Positions 11,373 through 23,240 of a stretch of DNA of 64,000 nt are shown piece by piece. Positions within the stretch are counted from its first letter, which is position 1. Each line of letters starts with the position of its first letter. Source of the DNA: Eledone cirrhosa (lineage: Eukaryota). The notes under the pieces are model-generated. The model saw only the letters and a program-made list of their open reading frames with translations. It was not told the origin of the DNA and ran no database searches. The position numbers and the translations under genes were made by a program. The stretch lies in assembly GCA_964016885.1 (NCBI GenBank), contig OZ024755.1, forward strand, positions 19,096,001 through 19,160,000. The letters run 5' to 3'.

Positions 11373-12916
11373 TACATACATACATACATACATACATAGT
11401 GATGTGGGTACGTTTTCATGAAATTATTTTTTTTATCATAGGTATGCATATACAGGAGAAGTTACTGCTTAGCCTCCATGTCAGTTCTGATCAAGCAGAC
11501 ATATGACTCTACGTATTCTAGCCATGACTGTCTCGTCTTTATGTTTTACCAAATAAGTTCTTTAGGTAAACATGAGCCAATGAACTATTTTCATATCACG
11601 GGCGTAAAAATACAAACTGAAACCAGAGTAATAAAATACAATACAGACACAACCGTCATTTAATTTTCAAAAGAAACTCACCGATAAATAAAGTTCTAGA
11701 TCAATTTAAGACAGACATATAGCGTCAGCGTCCATAGCTGACTTGCTACCAGAAAAAAGATATGAGCCATAACTCGTTTTATAGTTGAGCAGCTTTTATA
11801 ACACCCCATCCTATTTAATAAGTTGTTATTACATATGTCTTTCCAATTGGAAAGACCAATGGAAGCATTGTTTCCTTGGTTCAGTCTGACGAGTTCTATC
11901 CTACTCAGGAAGTGAATGAGGTCTGGGATCCATTAATATTACACACGTGTCTATATTTAAAATAGAATTTACAAATTTAAACCCTTAACTAGTTTATAAA
12001 TTCTTGATCTACAAAGTGGTACACATTTGAAATTCTCCACAAAAGGGTTATCGGGTATAGGAAGGTTTGTATCCACGATAATTAAATGCGTTTGATTTTT
12101 TTTTTTTTTGTCTTTTGAAATACAGTAGGTCTATTGACCACTTCACTAGTTGAAAAACAAGAAAATATGCCATTATAGTAAATACACGTACGAATTATTA
12201 GGATGAAGAGGAGGTCGGAGACGAGACAGGTCTATAGTTTGTAGCATATAAAAAAGGATGAGGAGAAAGTTCGATTCACCAGTGCAGGATTTTATATAAT
12301 TTGTTCCACTTTTTATTGTTAGACAGGAATGAAATGCTCCTTTGATCTGTTGCTAAATTGTTTTCTAACATTGGCACAAAGCCAGCAATTTGTGGGGAGA
12401 GCAAGTCGATTATATTTTATCGACCTCTCCCTCCCCCCAGGAACGATGACAAGCAAAGTTGACCTCGGTGGGATCTGAACTCAGAACGTAAAGAGCCAAA
12501 ACAAGTACCACAAAGGCATTTTATCCAACGCTTTTTTGAGGCCTATATAACTCTTCAAGAGGTCAAAGGCATTGTGAATCAGGATGTAATTCTCTGCGTG
12601 TAATTGGGTAACTTAAGAAGTTTATAAACCCTAGATTGTATTTACATGTATTCTTGCTTAAAGTCGGATTATTATGTTAAGCAGCTTTAAAGAAATTCAA
12701 AAGGTTGGCATCGTGCTCTGCTTTTGTTCCACCATAAATTGAAAGCCAAAAGAAAAAATAATTAAATATATATAGGTCCCTTTAAGATTATTTTCGTCGA
12801 TAAATTGTTTGACGACCTCCTCAAACACATACACTATTTGTAACTCCCAAAGGAACTCAAGTAAACTGATACAGACCTCCAGCTGCTTGGAAAACTGTGT
12901 AGGGTGTTTACATATA

Positions 12917-12995
12917 TAGGGTGTCACCTAAAAATGTATACACATATTTATTAGAATGCTGTTGAAGTGTGGATATATTTTTGGGGGACACCCTG
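12917..12995. mobile_element. Tiny Tc1/mariner-type MITE
   Basis: TA-flanked ~26-bp imperfect TIRs (T/C)AGGGTGTC(A/C)CC(T/C)AAAAAT(G/A)TAT(A/C)CACA. Confidence 0.7.
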
Positions 12996-13789
12996 TATAT
13001 CATACCCACTTTGATAATATGTACTACTCAGATCAATTCAGCTAAATATTTTGATTATAACATTGATCAAATCTTCAATACGGGGAGTTCTGTAAATTGG
13101 TGGATTGTCTGAGAGAAATCTACTACAAGCCATTTCTTATCGGAATTGCCAGTGAGAACTAACACCTGTACCCTCCATGGTTGATTATTTGGTTCTCTGG
13201 TAGTGGTATGGTCCCATCCCTCCCTACGGCGTTTCTTAGGCACTTTACGCCTGGCGGAGCCCATCCCTCTCCAGTTACGAACACAGCAGATGACTTCCAG
13301 AGAAAGAGATAGAAAGTGAGAGAGTGGAAGTGAGAAAGAGATAAAGGGGAAGGATTGGCCCCAGTACTAGACTGGTACTTTTTTTATCGACCTCGAAAGG
13401 ATGAAAGGCAAAATTAACCTCGGATACGTTCTCTTCATGTTTCTGTTCTGCATTATATCGGAGAGGTTTAGTTGCTTCAAGTTTGCAGTTTGGACCCTTT
13501 TTTAACAGAAGTGTAACAGGTTTCCTGACCACTTGTAAACCACAAATTATAAATAGTATGCAGTCAAGAACATTGGACAAAATCCTCCACTAAAGCCTCA
13601 GGTCGGCCAATGCTTTGCCAGTGAAATTTAGTTAACAGAAACTGAAAAAAACCCTAGTCTAGCTACTCTGGAGTCTCACCTGTGTACTCACAGGATCATC
13701 TGAGAAACATGACTCATCACTCAGCCATTAATAAAGCATAAACTCTACATCGGTATTGAGTATCATTCTCACGTCCGTCTATAACAAAC

Positions 13790-13847
<58 letters not shown>

Positions 13848-13853
<6 letters not shown>

Positions 13854-14058
13854 GTGAGGTTTTTTTTACAAAATGAAAAATAACCGAGGTGTCCTACACG
13901 AGTGAAAGTATAAAGAAAAAAAGATGAAATCGAAAATGCAACTGGAGTCTTATTTTTTTTTTTAAATATATATATTTATTTGGTTCCTTTACCGGTTTCG
14001 CAGTTCTTCTGCTTTTCAAAAGTAGAGTTGAGATGGAGGGTCTGTGGTTTTTCTCACA

Positions 14059-14062
<4 letters not shown>
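13848..14062 (-). mobile_element. Short non-coding element inserted in (TA)n, probably a Penelope-like pLTR or non-autonomous derivative
   Basis: Flanked by (TA)n at 13790-13846 and 14063-14090. It carries a minimal hammerhead, and a related copy lies at 3079-3283. Confidence 0.65.
13987..14022 (-). ncRNA. Minimal type I hammerhead ribozyme motif, U3-A8 core variant
   Basis: Minus strand reads CUU-UUGAAAA-GCAG-AAGAA-CUGC-GAAA-C-CG-G-U-A-AAG. Stem I is CUU/AAG, stem II is GCAG/CUGC, stem III is the palindrome ACCGGU, and the cleavage triplet is GUA. Confidence 0.8.
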
Positions 14063-14094
<32 letters not shown>

Positions 14095-14599
14095 TGTGAG
14101 AAAAACCACACATATATATATATCACACGCATTTTTTTAAATTTTATATATATATATAACACGCATTTTAAAAATTGGGTATTTTTCTGGCCTTGTGCCA
14201 AAAGTAGAAACAATTATAGTTTCGGGTGCTTATACATGAGTGTGTATATACATTTATGTCTTGTAACGTAGCGGTTCGACAAACAGGGATCAACAAAATA
14301 ATACTCGAGGTTGATATGATCAACTAAACCCCTTTAAGGTGTTGCCCCATTATGGCCGCGGTCTAATGACAGAAACCAATAAGGGGTGGGGTGGAAGATA
14401 GTAATGTCCCAGCATCTATATAGTTTGGCAATTAAATGTGTCTGTATATCGTATCTACATATGACAGGAACTATTCTCGATAGTCGATACAATCAAATTT
14501 ATGGTAATGTTCCAACGTGTTTACATATCAACACGACACTTAACTATGATTGCATGAACGAAATGACATTCACAAAACATAGAGAATACGTGGAATAGG

Positions 14600-14965
14600 T
14601 TGGTGTTGTGGGGGTGGAGGAATGGTGTTGAGCGGGCGGGGTTGTCGGGTGTGGGTGCCAACAAATAATAAAACGTCGCAGCAAATTCAACGATACGCAC
14701 GGATTTAGTTTCCAATAAATGTCAGAAGGTGATAACATCCCTTAGTCCTTCCGCCCCCCTCTGATAATTACTAAAAGAAAAACTAAAGAAGAAACGGTTT
14801 TATTACGTTTTATTAGTCACTGGTTCTTGTGTTATGTAGATCTCAGATTAAAAAAGGAATTCCAGTCGTGACCATCCCATATTTTTTACCACGCAATGTG
14901 CACTTAAAAATACATTATTCAATTTGTTCTTTTTATTTTGGTGGGGGCGGGAGCAGGGCGCCTGG
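14600..14965. promoter_or_regulatory. CpG/GC-box-rich patch, possible promoter or regulatory region
   Basis: GGGCGG at 14634 and 14945, CCGCCC at 14751, a G-quadruplex-type run at 14634-14655, and locally retained CpGs. Confidence 0.3.
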
Positions 14966-15048
14966 TTTTTCTTTTATGATAAGAAATCAGTAAATTATAT
15001 TTTCAGCCTGTGGTATTTGACAGCCTTGAGGGAGCTGGGCCACAGACA

Positions 15049-15106
15049 ATGAGGTTTTTGTCATTGTTAGCGATTTGCCTTACTGAAGTATCAGGTGATG
15101 CTACTG
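15049..15106 (+). CDS. Candidate first coding exon encoding a signal peptide (MRFLSLLAICLTEVSGDAT, phase-1 intron)
   Basis: Acceptor ATATTTTCAG ends at 15006, ATG at 15049, donor G|GTGAG at 15107. The peptide has a basic N-terminus, a hydrophobic core and a V-S-G cleavage pattern. No downstream exons were identified. Confidence 0.4.
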
Positions 15107-15329
15107 GTGAGGGTACTTGGCTATTCTAGCACGCTACCCATTGCAATGCCATGACTGTCAAGGTTTGACTCAACATTTTTTAGAGAGGAAAGCCAGAATT
15201 CTATGTTGCTTTAATTGAATATGCACATCTCTGTCTTTTCTCTCTTTAATTAATGTTTATTGATTGTTTCTTTTGTAAAACACATTTATTATATAAATTG
15301 TGTTATATGTAGATGTCCTCAGTAAGACA

Positions 15330-15699
15330 TTAACCCTTTAGCATTTACATTACTCTATATATACTATTATATTTTCACGGTAAAGGCTTTATCTGACATA
15401 ATATCTCACATAACATTTACATTACTCTATATATACTATTATATTTTCACGGTAAAGGCTTTACCTCACATAATATCTCACATAACATTTACATTACTCT
15501 ATATATACTATTATATTTTCACGGTAAAGGCTTTATCTCACATACTATCTGACATAATATTGAATCTATGAGATTTTGATATTATTTATTTTGAGAACAA
15601 TACCTTAACATAAGTATGACTGGCCAGTTACAGCCGGTTTGAACAGAAAAAAAAGCAAGAGAATTCTAGCCAGATACAGTTCCAATGCTAAAGGGTTAA
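15330..15699 (+). mobile_element. piggyBac-type MITE family 1 with an internal 72-bp triplication
   Basis: TTAA-CCCTTTAGCATT...AATGCTAAAGGG-TTAA. Repeat units start at 15342, 15414 and 15486. Confidence 0.9.
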
Positions 15700-16034
15700 A
15701 CTGCATCCAGTAGCAAGGCTCCAGTTCGGGAGTTCAGGAGCTGTGGGGAATGTGGAGTTACACTTTAGTTGTCATCACTTCCAAGTCTGCTCTGACCTGG
15801 AGCAGTAGTACCTGTTAGGGCCCCACTTGTTGGTTAAATAATTATCTTACCCAAGTGATGCCAGTAAAGTATTATCAGCCATTGAAAAGAAAAGGAAAAA
15901 AAGATGTTTTTTTTTTTGTTTTTGTTTTTTTAAAAGCCCCAAATAAAGCATATAAGCAAAACATGGTCACTTGACCAGTCTAGCCTCAGTATGTGAGAGT
16001 CTGTCTTACCCATGCAAGCAGAGAAAATAGATGT

Positions 16035-16170
16035 TTGATGATGATCATGATGATCGTGATGATGATGATGATGACGTTGATGATGATGACGTTGATGATG
16101 TTGGTGACGGTGATGATGTTGGTGACGGTGATGATGGTGATGATGATGATGATGATGGCAATGGTGATGA
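16035..16170. repeat. (GAT)n-rich microsatellite
   Basis: Direct inspection. Confidence 0.9.
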
Positions 16171-16392
16171 TTAATTGTATTATTATTTTTACTTAACTGA
16201 AATATTGTTAACCTTCTTTATTCCCCAACATTAACTTGTTAATGTTAACATCTTGTGACTTCTGATATTAAGTTGTTGTAATCTATGTTCTTATACACAT
16301 GTAAATCTATACAAACCTACTTCTCCACCTTGTCTACTGGCAACCAGGAACCATGAGACAGTGATTTATATTGATATATAATCTGAGCTTTT

Positions 16393-16783
16393 ATTATTTT
16401 CAACTGGCGGCGGATTGGCAGTATCAGTGGAGGGTCGGACGCCATGCTTTCCAGCATAGTTACGTCCCTTTACGATCTGAGTTCAAATCCCGCCGAGGTT
16501 GACTTTGCCTTTCATCCTTACGGGGTCGATAAAATAAAGTACCAGTAATGCACTGGGTAATTGCTGGCCTTGTGCCTAAAGTAGAGACAATTATTTTCAA
16601 CTGGCGGCAGATTGGCAGTATCAGTGGAGGGTTGGACACCATGCTTTGCAGTATACAATTATGGCCTGAGTTCAAATCCCACCGAAGTTAACTTTGCATT
16701 ACGGGGTCGATAAAATAAAGTACTAGTAATGCACTGGAATAATTGCTGGCCTTGTGCCAAAAGTAGAAACAATTATTTTCAAT
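16393..16783 (+). mobile_element. Tandem dimer of the young SINE separated by a repeated TSD
   Basis: ATTATTTTCAA occurs before, between and after two ~190-bp copies. Confidence 0.9.
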
Positions 16784-17033
16784 TAGATATTATTACCTAT
16801 TACCTGTATAAACTTGATCTACTTACACCTGTATTACTTGTCTTTCCCACCCTAAACCAGGAGAATAGAATGACCTCATTTTCCATTTAACACTAGGAGG
16901 GATGAAGTAAAATAGACAGCCAAGATAAAAACAGGAAAACAAGAATTTATAACAGTATATTCCCCTCTCCCATCCCTCTTCATCTCTATCTCTCTATCTA
17001 TCTATCTATTTATCTGTCTATCTATTTACTGTC

Positions 17034-17293
17034 ATCAGCCTGTAGGTTGAGGAAAAGGAGGAAGAGAGGAAAGGGGTACAAACTCTTCGTACTCCTGGAG
17101 ATGAGGGTTGCACATTTTTTTTCGGGGGGGGGGGGTATGTGTTACACATATGAACTGTCTCCCCCTATTGGGGGAAAATCGACTAATTTTTAAATTGCAT
17201 TTGTGATAATATTTTACACGTTTTTATTGTATGTAAACTTCCCCCTTTGTATTTGTCCCCTTCTTTTGTGCCCCTGTGGCTAATAAAGAAACA
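17034..17293 (+). mobile_element. 3' end of a non-LTR retroelement (Tx1/L1-like) with 15-bp TSD
   Basis: TATCTATTTACTGTC at 17019-17033 and 17294-17308. The insert ends in AATAAAGAAACA next to a (TATC)n tract. The clade assignment is inference. Confidence 0.6.
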
Positions 17294-17536
17294 TATCTAT
17301 TTACTGTCTATCTTTAAACCATATTATACTTGCTGGCAAAGGCTAAGTGACCTTGACATTAAATATGATACAAAGTGAAATTTCCATTAAGGATTACCAT
17401 CTTACTAACTGAGACTCAGACATATTGGTTACCTGATAAATATTTTCTGTCCTTCAGTTACCACCTGCTATTACTGTGTATTGCCAGAAGTCAAGACAAC
17501 AGGCATGTGATAGTGATGCTCTCTATGATATGAAAC

Positions 17537-18008
17537 ATTATTGGGTGGATTGGCAGAATCGGTAGAGAGTCGGACACCATGCTTTGAAGCATAGAGTTAC
17601 GTCCCTTTATGATCTGAGTTCAAATCCCGCCGAAGTTAACTTTGCCTTTCATCCTTACGGGGTCGATAAAATAAAGTACCAGTAATGTACTGGGTAATTG
17701 CTGGCCTTGTGTCAAAAGTAGAAACAATTATTATTGAGTGGATTAAAGTTGAATAAAGTACCAGTAATGTACTGGGTAATTGCTGGCCTTGTGCCAAAAG
17801 TACAAACAATTATTATTGAGTGGATTGGCAGTATCGGTAGAGGTGTCAGACGCCATGCTTTGCAGCAAAGAGTTACGGCCCTTTATGATCTGAGTTCAAA
17901 TCCCACCGAGGTTAACTTTGCCTTTCATCCTTACGGGGTCGATAAAATAAAGTACCAGTAATGTACTGGGTAATTGCTGGCCTTGTGCCTAAAATAGAAA
18001 CAATTATT
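17537..18008 (+). mobile_element. Tandem cluster of the young SINE (full + partial + full)
   Basis: Units are joined by AACAATTATTATTGAGTGGATT. Confidence 0.9.
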
Positions 18009-18409
18009 GTTGCTAAATAAAGAAGAGGAAGTGGAGGATTAGTGTTTAGAAAAAGGTATATATTATATCTATTGTGGTTGTAATGTGATACCCTACAAGG
18101 TTATCAACCTAGATATAAAGTATTGTTTGATTTAGGGACTCATACATTTGACTATTTTAAATCTGGAATTAAGGTGAGTGGTTTAGTAGTTAGAGAATTA
18201 GATTTGAAATTGTGAGATTGTAAGTTTGATTCCCGGACCAGGTAATGCATTATGTCCTTGAGCAAGACACTTTATTTCACGTTCTTTCTGCCAGAAATTG
18301 CAACTAAAAGTATCAGCAATGGAAATACCAATGGAAACACTGTTTCCTTGGTCCAATACAACGAGTTCCACCTCACTCAGTAAGCAAGTAAGGTCTGGAA
18401 TCATGTCAA

Positions 18410-18716
18410 TCATGAGAAGTACTTAGCTAAGAAGAAGCCACTATATCTGACTTTTTTGGATTTGAAAGAGGCCTTTCACAGGACCCTCTGATCTGTAATC
18501 TGGTGAACACTGAGGAAGCTAGGTGTAGACAAATGGCTTGTGCGGGTTGTGCAACCAGTATGGTGAAATTTGGCAATGGGTACAGTGATGAATTTGAAGT
18601 ATAGATAAAAGTCCACCAGGACTCAGTCCTTAGTCCACTTCTATTTATCATTGTTCGTCATGTCGTAATTGATGAGTTTAAGATTGGCCTCCCATGAGAA
18701 CTTCTGAACATGCTGA
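18410..18716 (+). mobile_element. RTE-X-like LINE reverse transcriptase fragment
   Basis: EKYLAKKKPLYLTFLDLKEAF...LRKLGVDKWLVRVVQ...VHQDSVLSPLLFIIV...ELL-AD, with stops and deletions. Confidence 0.8.
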
Positions 18717-19164
18717 TATATATATATATTTTCTCCTTGTCTGTGTAAACAAAATTAATTTGCTATTTTACCAATATGTACACCGATACGCTTTTTAGTG
18801 GATGAAATCCTCAAATCTAGTTTTGACAACTGGTTTGAATGGTTTCACTTACTAGATTAAATCTTTTGGCAAAGACATGAACTACATAAATTTCAATTTT
18901 TCCTTTCCCAGCATCATCATCATCATCACCATCATACTACCACCACCACCACCATCATCAACATAACCATCATACCACCACCACTACTGTTGTCACCATC
19001 ATAAGTATGTTTTAACACTGTCACACTGGTGAAGGTTGGATATGTCAACTATTCTACTATTTAATCCTGTTTAATATTTAATACTGTTTTGTCTAAATAG
19101 GGTTCTTGGCTTTATCTAATGATTTTTTCCATGTCTTACTTGATTTGCTTCTATTCCCATGCAG

Positions 19165-19820
19165 GGCAGCTATGTGGTTGTTTGACATGCTAGAAACAAC
19201 AGCCAAATCTCCTTGAACCACACACTTTTAAAAATAGACATATTAGACAATGTACATTGGAGGGAACAATATTCATGGGGGAAAAGATTAGACTGGATGG
19301 TCATGATTTGTTATCCTTTGACCATAGGGACACTTGACAAAGGGTGACCAATGTGCTAGGGACAGCAGTTAAATTACCTTCAATTACTCTACCATTCTAA
19401 ATATAGACATATTGATACATATGGAGGTCAGTGATAACACCATTAGTTTCCATCCAACCCTCCTTGCAAAAAATTCTGTTTGAGCAGGGATAACGTGGGG
19501 CTTTTCAAAATGTTAGAAATAGCATCCAAATCTCCCTCAAACTACATTCTACTCTCTTAAAAATAAACATGTTAGATAATAAAAAAAAAAATGAAAAGCT
19601 GCATAGTCATAATTTGAATGTCTTTCATCATATAAGTTTGCTTGATCAGGGCTGATTTGGAACTTTCAATATTCTAGAAATAGCAGCCAAATCTTCCTCA
19701 AACCAAGCTCTACTGTCGTAAAATTTGACTTATTGGATAAGATAAAAAAAAAAAAAGTATTTTAATGCTTTTGATGAGAGTGGTCTGATTGACCAAGTTG
19801 ATCTGAAGCTAAACAACCAA
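19165..19820 (+). mobile_element. Cluster of an old interspersed repeat (GAAATAGCAGCCAAATCTCCCTCAA family)
   Basis: Three diverged copies here. Others at ~21220, 27150(-), 30600(-), 40270, 48905(-), 54290(-) and 57400. Confidence 0.65.
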
Positions 19821-21495
19821 CAACTGACAGGATGCCTCACACAGCATAAAACAACCAATTGCATTACATGTTCATACCAACATATGGTATGGACATGGAA
19901 TGCAAATTAATGTCACACACTGAATGAAAGAAAAAAGAAATTCAATCACTGCATACACCAATCAATGGTGTTTATATATCCAACAATTTCAGCCTATTTC
20001 TACTCTACCTTTCTCACATATCTCTGAATATCTAAAACTAAATGTCATGACTATGGTTGGCACCATAATCATGACATATTTCTAATGTAATAAATACACA
20101 AGAATTTGCAGGGATCTAATAAAGTAACTGAATTTTCCAATATTAATTAAATGTTTTAAAATATAGCTGAACAAAAAGTTCTTATATAGAATTATGATGG
20201 AATATTTTAATTTAAATAGGAACACTTTAAAATAAGAAGTTTTGCACCAAGGGCATTCACCTGCAGGTTCATATTGTAAAGATTAAAAACCATAATGGAA
20301 ATGGAATATGTTTGTATATGATAATAGTTGCGGTTGGGGCTAATGAAGTATGAGAAAGATTATGAAGTTGAAGGGGGGAGATGGAGAATATTTATTCTTC
20401 AGAAGTAATTACTTCCATAATCATAAACAATAGCTGAATTGCATTAAGAAAACTGCTTGGTTGTTTGTTAATTGGTATAAATTCTTGAAAATATTTCATT
20501 ATCTAATAATAATAGTTCAAACTGCAATAGTCAGTACAAGGATCATTTGTCTTGATATTTGAACAGGATCCTAAAAATTTAATCCATGTTCCTGAAAGGA
20601 TCAAAATAATCCTAGTCCTTGAAAAAAATGCAAACAGTTTTTTTTTCTTTTTGTATTATTATCTGTATTGTTTTTCTTTTTAAGATTTGATTGTAAAATA
20701 CTGAGATTAAAAACAATCAGATTAGTTTTGATCATGATCCTTAAGCCAACTTTTTCATGATTGAATAAATAGATTTATTAATAAAGTAATTGATAATTTA
20801 GCATTTTTAAAACTACTGGAAATTCAAATTTTCAAAAATGATATTTTTCCTAATAATGAGTCTTAATAATTGTATTTAATTTAAATATTATAGGTTAAAA
20901 AATCACATGAATTTGAAACTTTCATAAAAGGTCACAAGATTCTAGGAAAGAAGTATAATTAAAGGGAATTGACTCTAGTACATTGCAAATATTTATTTTA
21001 TCCTGGAAGGGGTGAGATTCAAAAGCAGTAAGATTTCAACTATCAAAACCATTTTCAAATCAAAAGGTATTTTACATATAGAAATATGAAATATTTAAAA
21101 ATGAAATTTTTTAAATATGAAATTGTTTTCATCTAATAACTGATAAATTAAATAAAAAGTAAAGAGAGAAGAAAGAAAAGAGTGAGCCAAAGAAAAGAGT
21201 CAGTCAACGTTGAAGAAATAACAGCCAGATCTCATTCAAACTCACATACAAATGTGACAATAAATGAAGGATACATTACATAATGTAAAGCTATATATAC
21301 GTTATCTTAGAAAAAATTTAGGATGATTATGACTGAAACATCTTTGACTGATTTAGCATAGGTCTGATGTCAAACATCCAACAACAATAACAACAAAATG
21401 AATTATAAACAATACATAACAAAACATATTGTTCTATAATGTAGTGAAGGTTTAACTATTTACTTGACTTTTTCTATTTTTACAACTAAAAGAAA

Positions 21496-21952
21496 GATTG
21501 GACCAGGGAAACTATGTTGCCACTGGTCTTTCCATTGCTGATAATATTCGTCAGATACAACACCTGGAAGAAGAAAGGAGCTGATCATCAGATTGGACCA
21601 AGGAAGCTATGTTTCTATTGGTCTTTGCATTGCTGATAATATTCGTCAGATACAACACCTGGAAGAAGAAAGGAGCTGATCATCAGATTGGACCAAGGAA
21701 GCTATGTTTCTATTGGTCTTTGCATTGCTGATAATATACGTCAGATACAACACATGAAAGAAGAAAGGAGCTGATCATCAGATTGGACCAAGGAAGCTAT
21801 GTTTCTATTGGTCTTTGCATTGCTGATAATATACGTCAGATACAACACCTGGAAGAAGAAAGGAGCTGATCATCAGATTGGACCAAGGAAGCTATGTTTC
21901 TATTGGTCTTTGCATTGCTGATACCTATCTACTGGTCACAACTCCTGGCAGA
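21496..21952. repeat. 95-bp minisatellite (~4.8 units), homologous to the 84-bp array
   Basis: GATTGGACCA unit starts at 21496, 21591, 21686, 21781 and 21876. Confidence 0.95.
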
Positions 21953-22159
21953 AATGTCACTGCTTTTCTGGTGACAGGGAGCAGGGGGTGGGATTGCACA
22001 GAGCCAGAACAGATATCACAGATCATCGTATCTAACTCTTTAACAATTCCATCAACCCATCTTAATCATGAAGCCCAAAAAGATGAAAGGATGAAATGAT
22101 GGGATTTGATCTCGGGATGCTCACAAACAGATATCAGTAAATATCTGCCAATCTACTAT

Positions 22160-22385
22160 AACCCTATATATATACTACTTTTACTCTATATATGCTATTG
22201 TATTTTTGTGGTAAAGGCTTTATCTTACATAATTATCTCAATATCAAATCTACAAGATTTTGATGTTATTTATTTTGAGACCAATACCTTAACATCAGTA
22301 TGAGTAGCCAGGTACAGTCAGTTTAAACAGAAAGAGGTGAGAAAATTCTGGCCAGATATGGATGGTTTAAATGTTAAAAGGTTAA
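22160..22385 (+). mobile_element. piggyBac-type MITE family 1 (diverged)
   Basis: Collinear with 8806-9021. Ends TAAATGTTAAAAGG-TTAA. Confidence 0.75.
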
Positions 22386-23002
22386 TCACCATCTATGGAA
22401 GGATGACAGCAAAGTTGCCCTTCGTGGAATTTGAACTTAAAGCACAGAAAACTGAAGCAAACACCAAGATATTTAGCCTAATGCTCTAACAAATTTGCCA
22501 CTAACTGAGAGGCAATGTTTGAAAATGTAAATACGTTTATAATTTCTATCCAGTCAGAATGGTGACTGAAAATTATTATTATTTAAATATTTCTAGAGTC
22601 TACTATTGAATTGGTTGGTTTTCTTTCACATGACAACACCCTTAATTATTTATTCAGGTGATACAGTCTAAAGCCTTGTGTTTGTTCAGGTGATATCTTC
22701 TAACATTGATGAAAAAATTGCCTCTCTCAGAATAACTGCAATTGACACAAGAACTAGCAAGGATGGATATATATATATATATATATATAGTTTTAAAAAA
22801 TATAAAAACTGTGAGCTCCTAGGAAATAAGGAAACTATTGTATGCAAATAAACAAAAACAAATAGATTTGTTGATGAAATGTTGCGATGAGTGGAGAGAT
22901 AGTGTGTTGAAAAGGACCTGTGCAACCCATGCAAGCATGGGAAAATGGAGATGATGATGATGATGATGATGATATATATATATATATATATATATAGATA
23001 TA

Positions 23003-23240
23003 AAGATCTCAAGCTGAGATTAACTGGACATGCTCGCTCACCGACATCCAGAGTTGACACTGCACTCAGTGCTCCTGTGGGGGCCCCTGCATGGACACAC
23101 TGGAAGAGGAAGACCAAGGTTAACATATGTTGATGCCCTAAGGACAGATACTGGTCTCTTGGAGACACAGGATGGCAGCGATGAATGATGAGGGACAGAG
23201 ACCGCTGGAGAGAACTCGTCCATGGATCTCGGGAATTTTA
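23003..23240 (+). mobile_element. RTE-clade LINE 3' fragment
   Basis: Frameshifted KLRLTGHAR..HPEL..VLLW..HG..RGRPRLTYVDALRTDTG...RDRWRELV. Confidence 0.75.

Noticed and set aside
21496-21952. Hammerhead (retrozyme-like) in the 95-bp and 84-bp arrays: minus strand has CTGATGA or CTGACAA, a stem and GAAA
   Set aside because: GAAA does not follow stem II, there is no conserved UH cleavage site, and there is no room for stem I.
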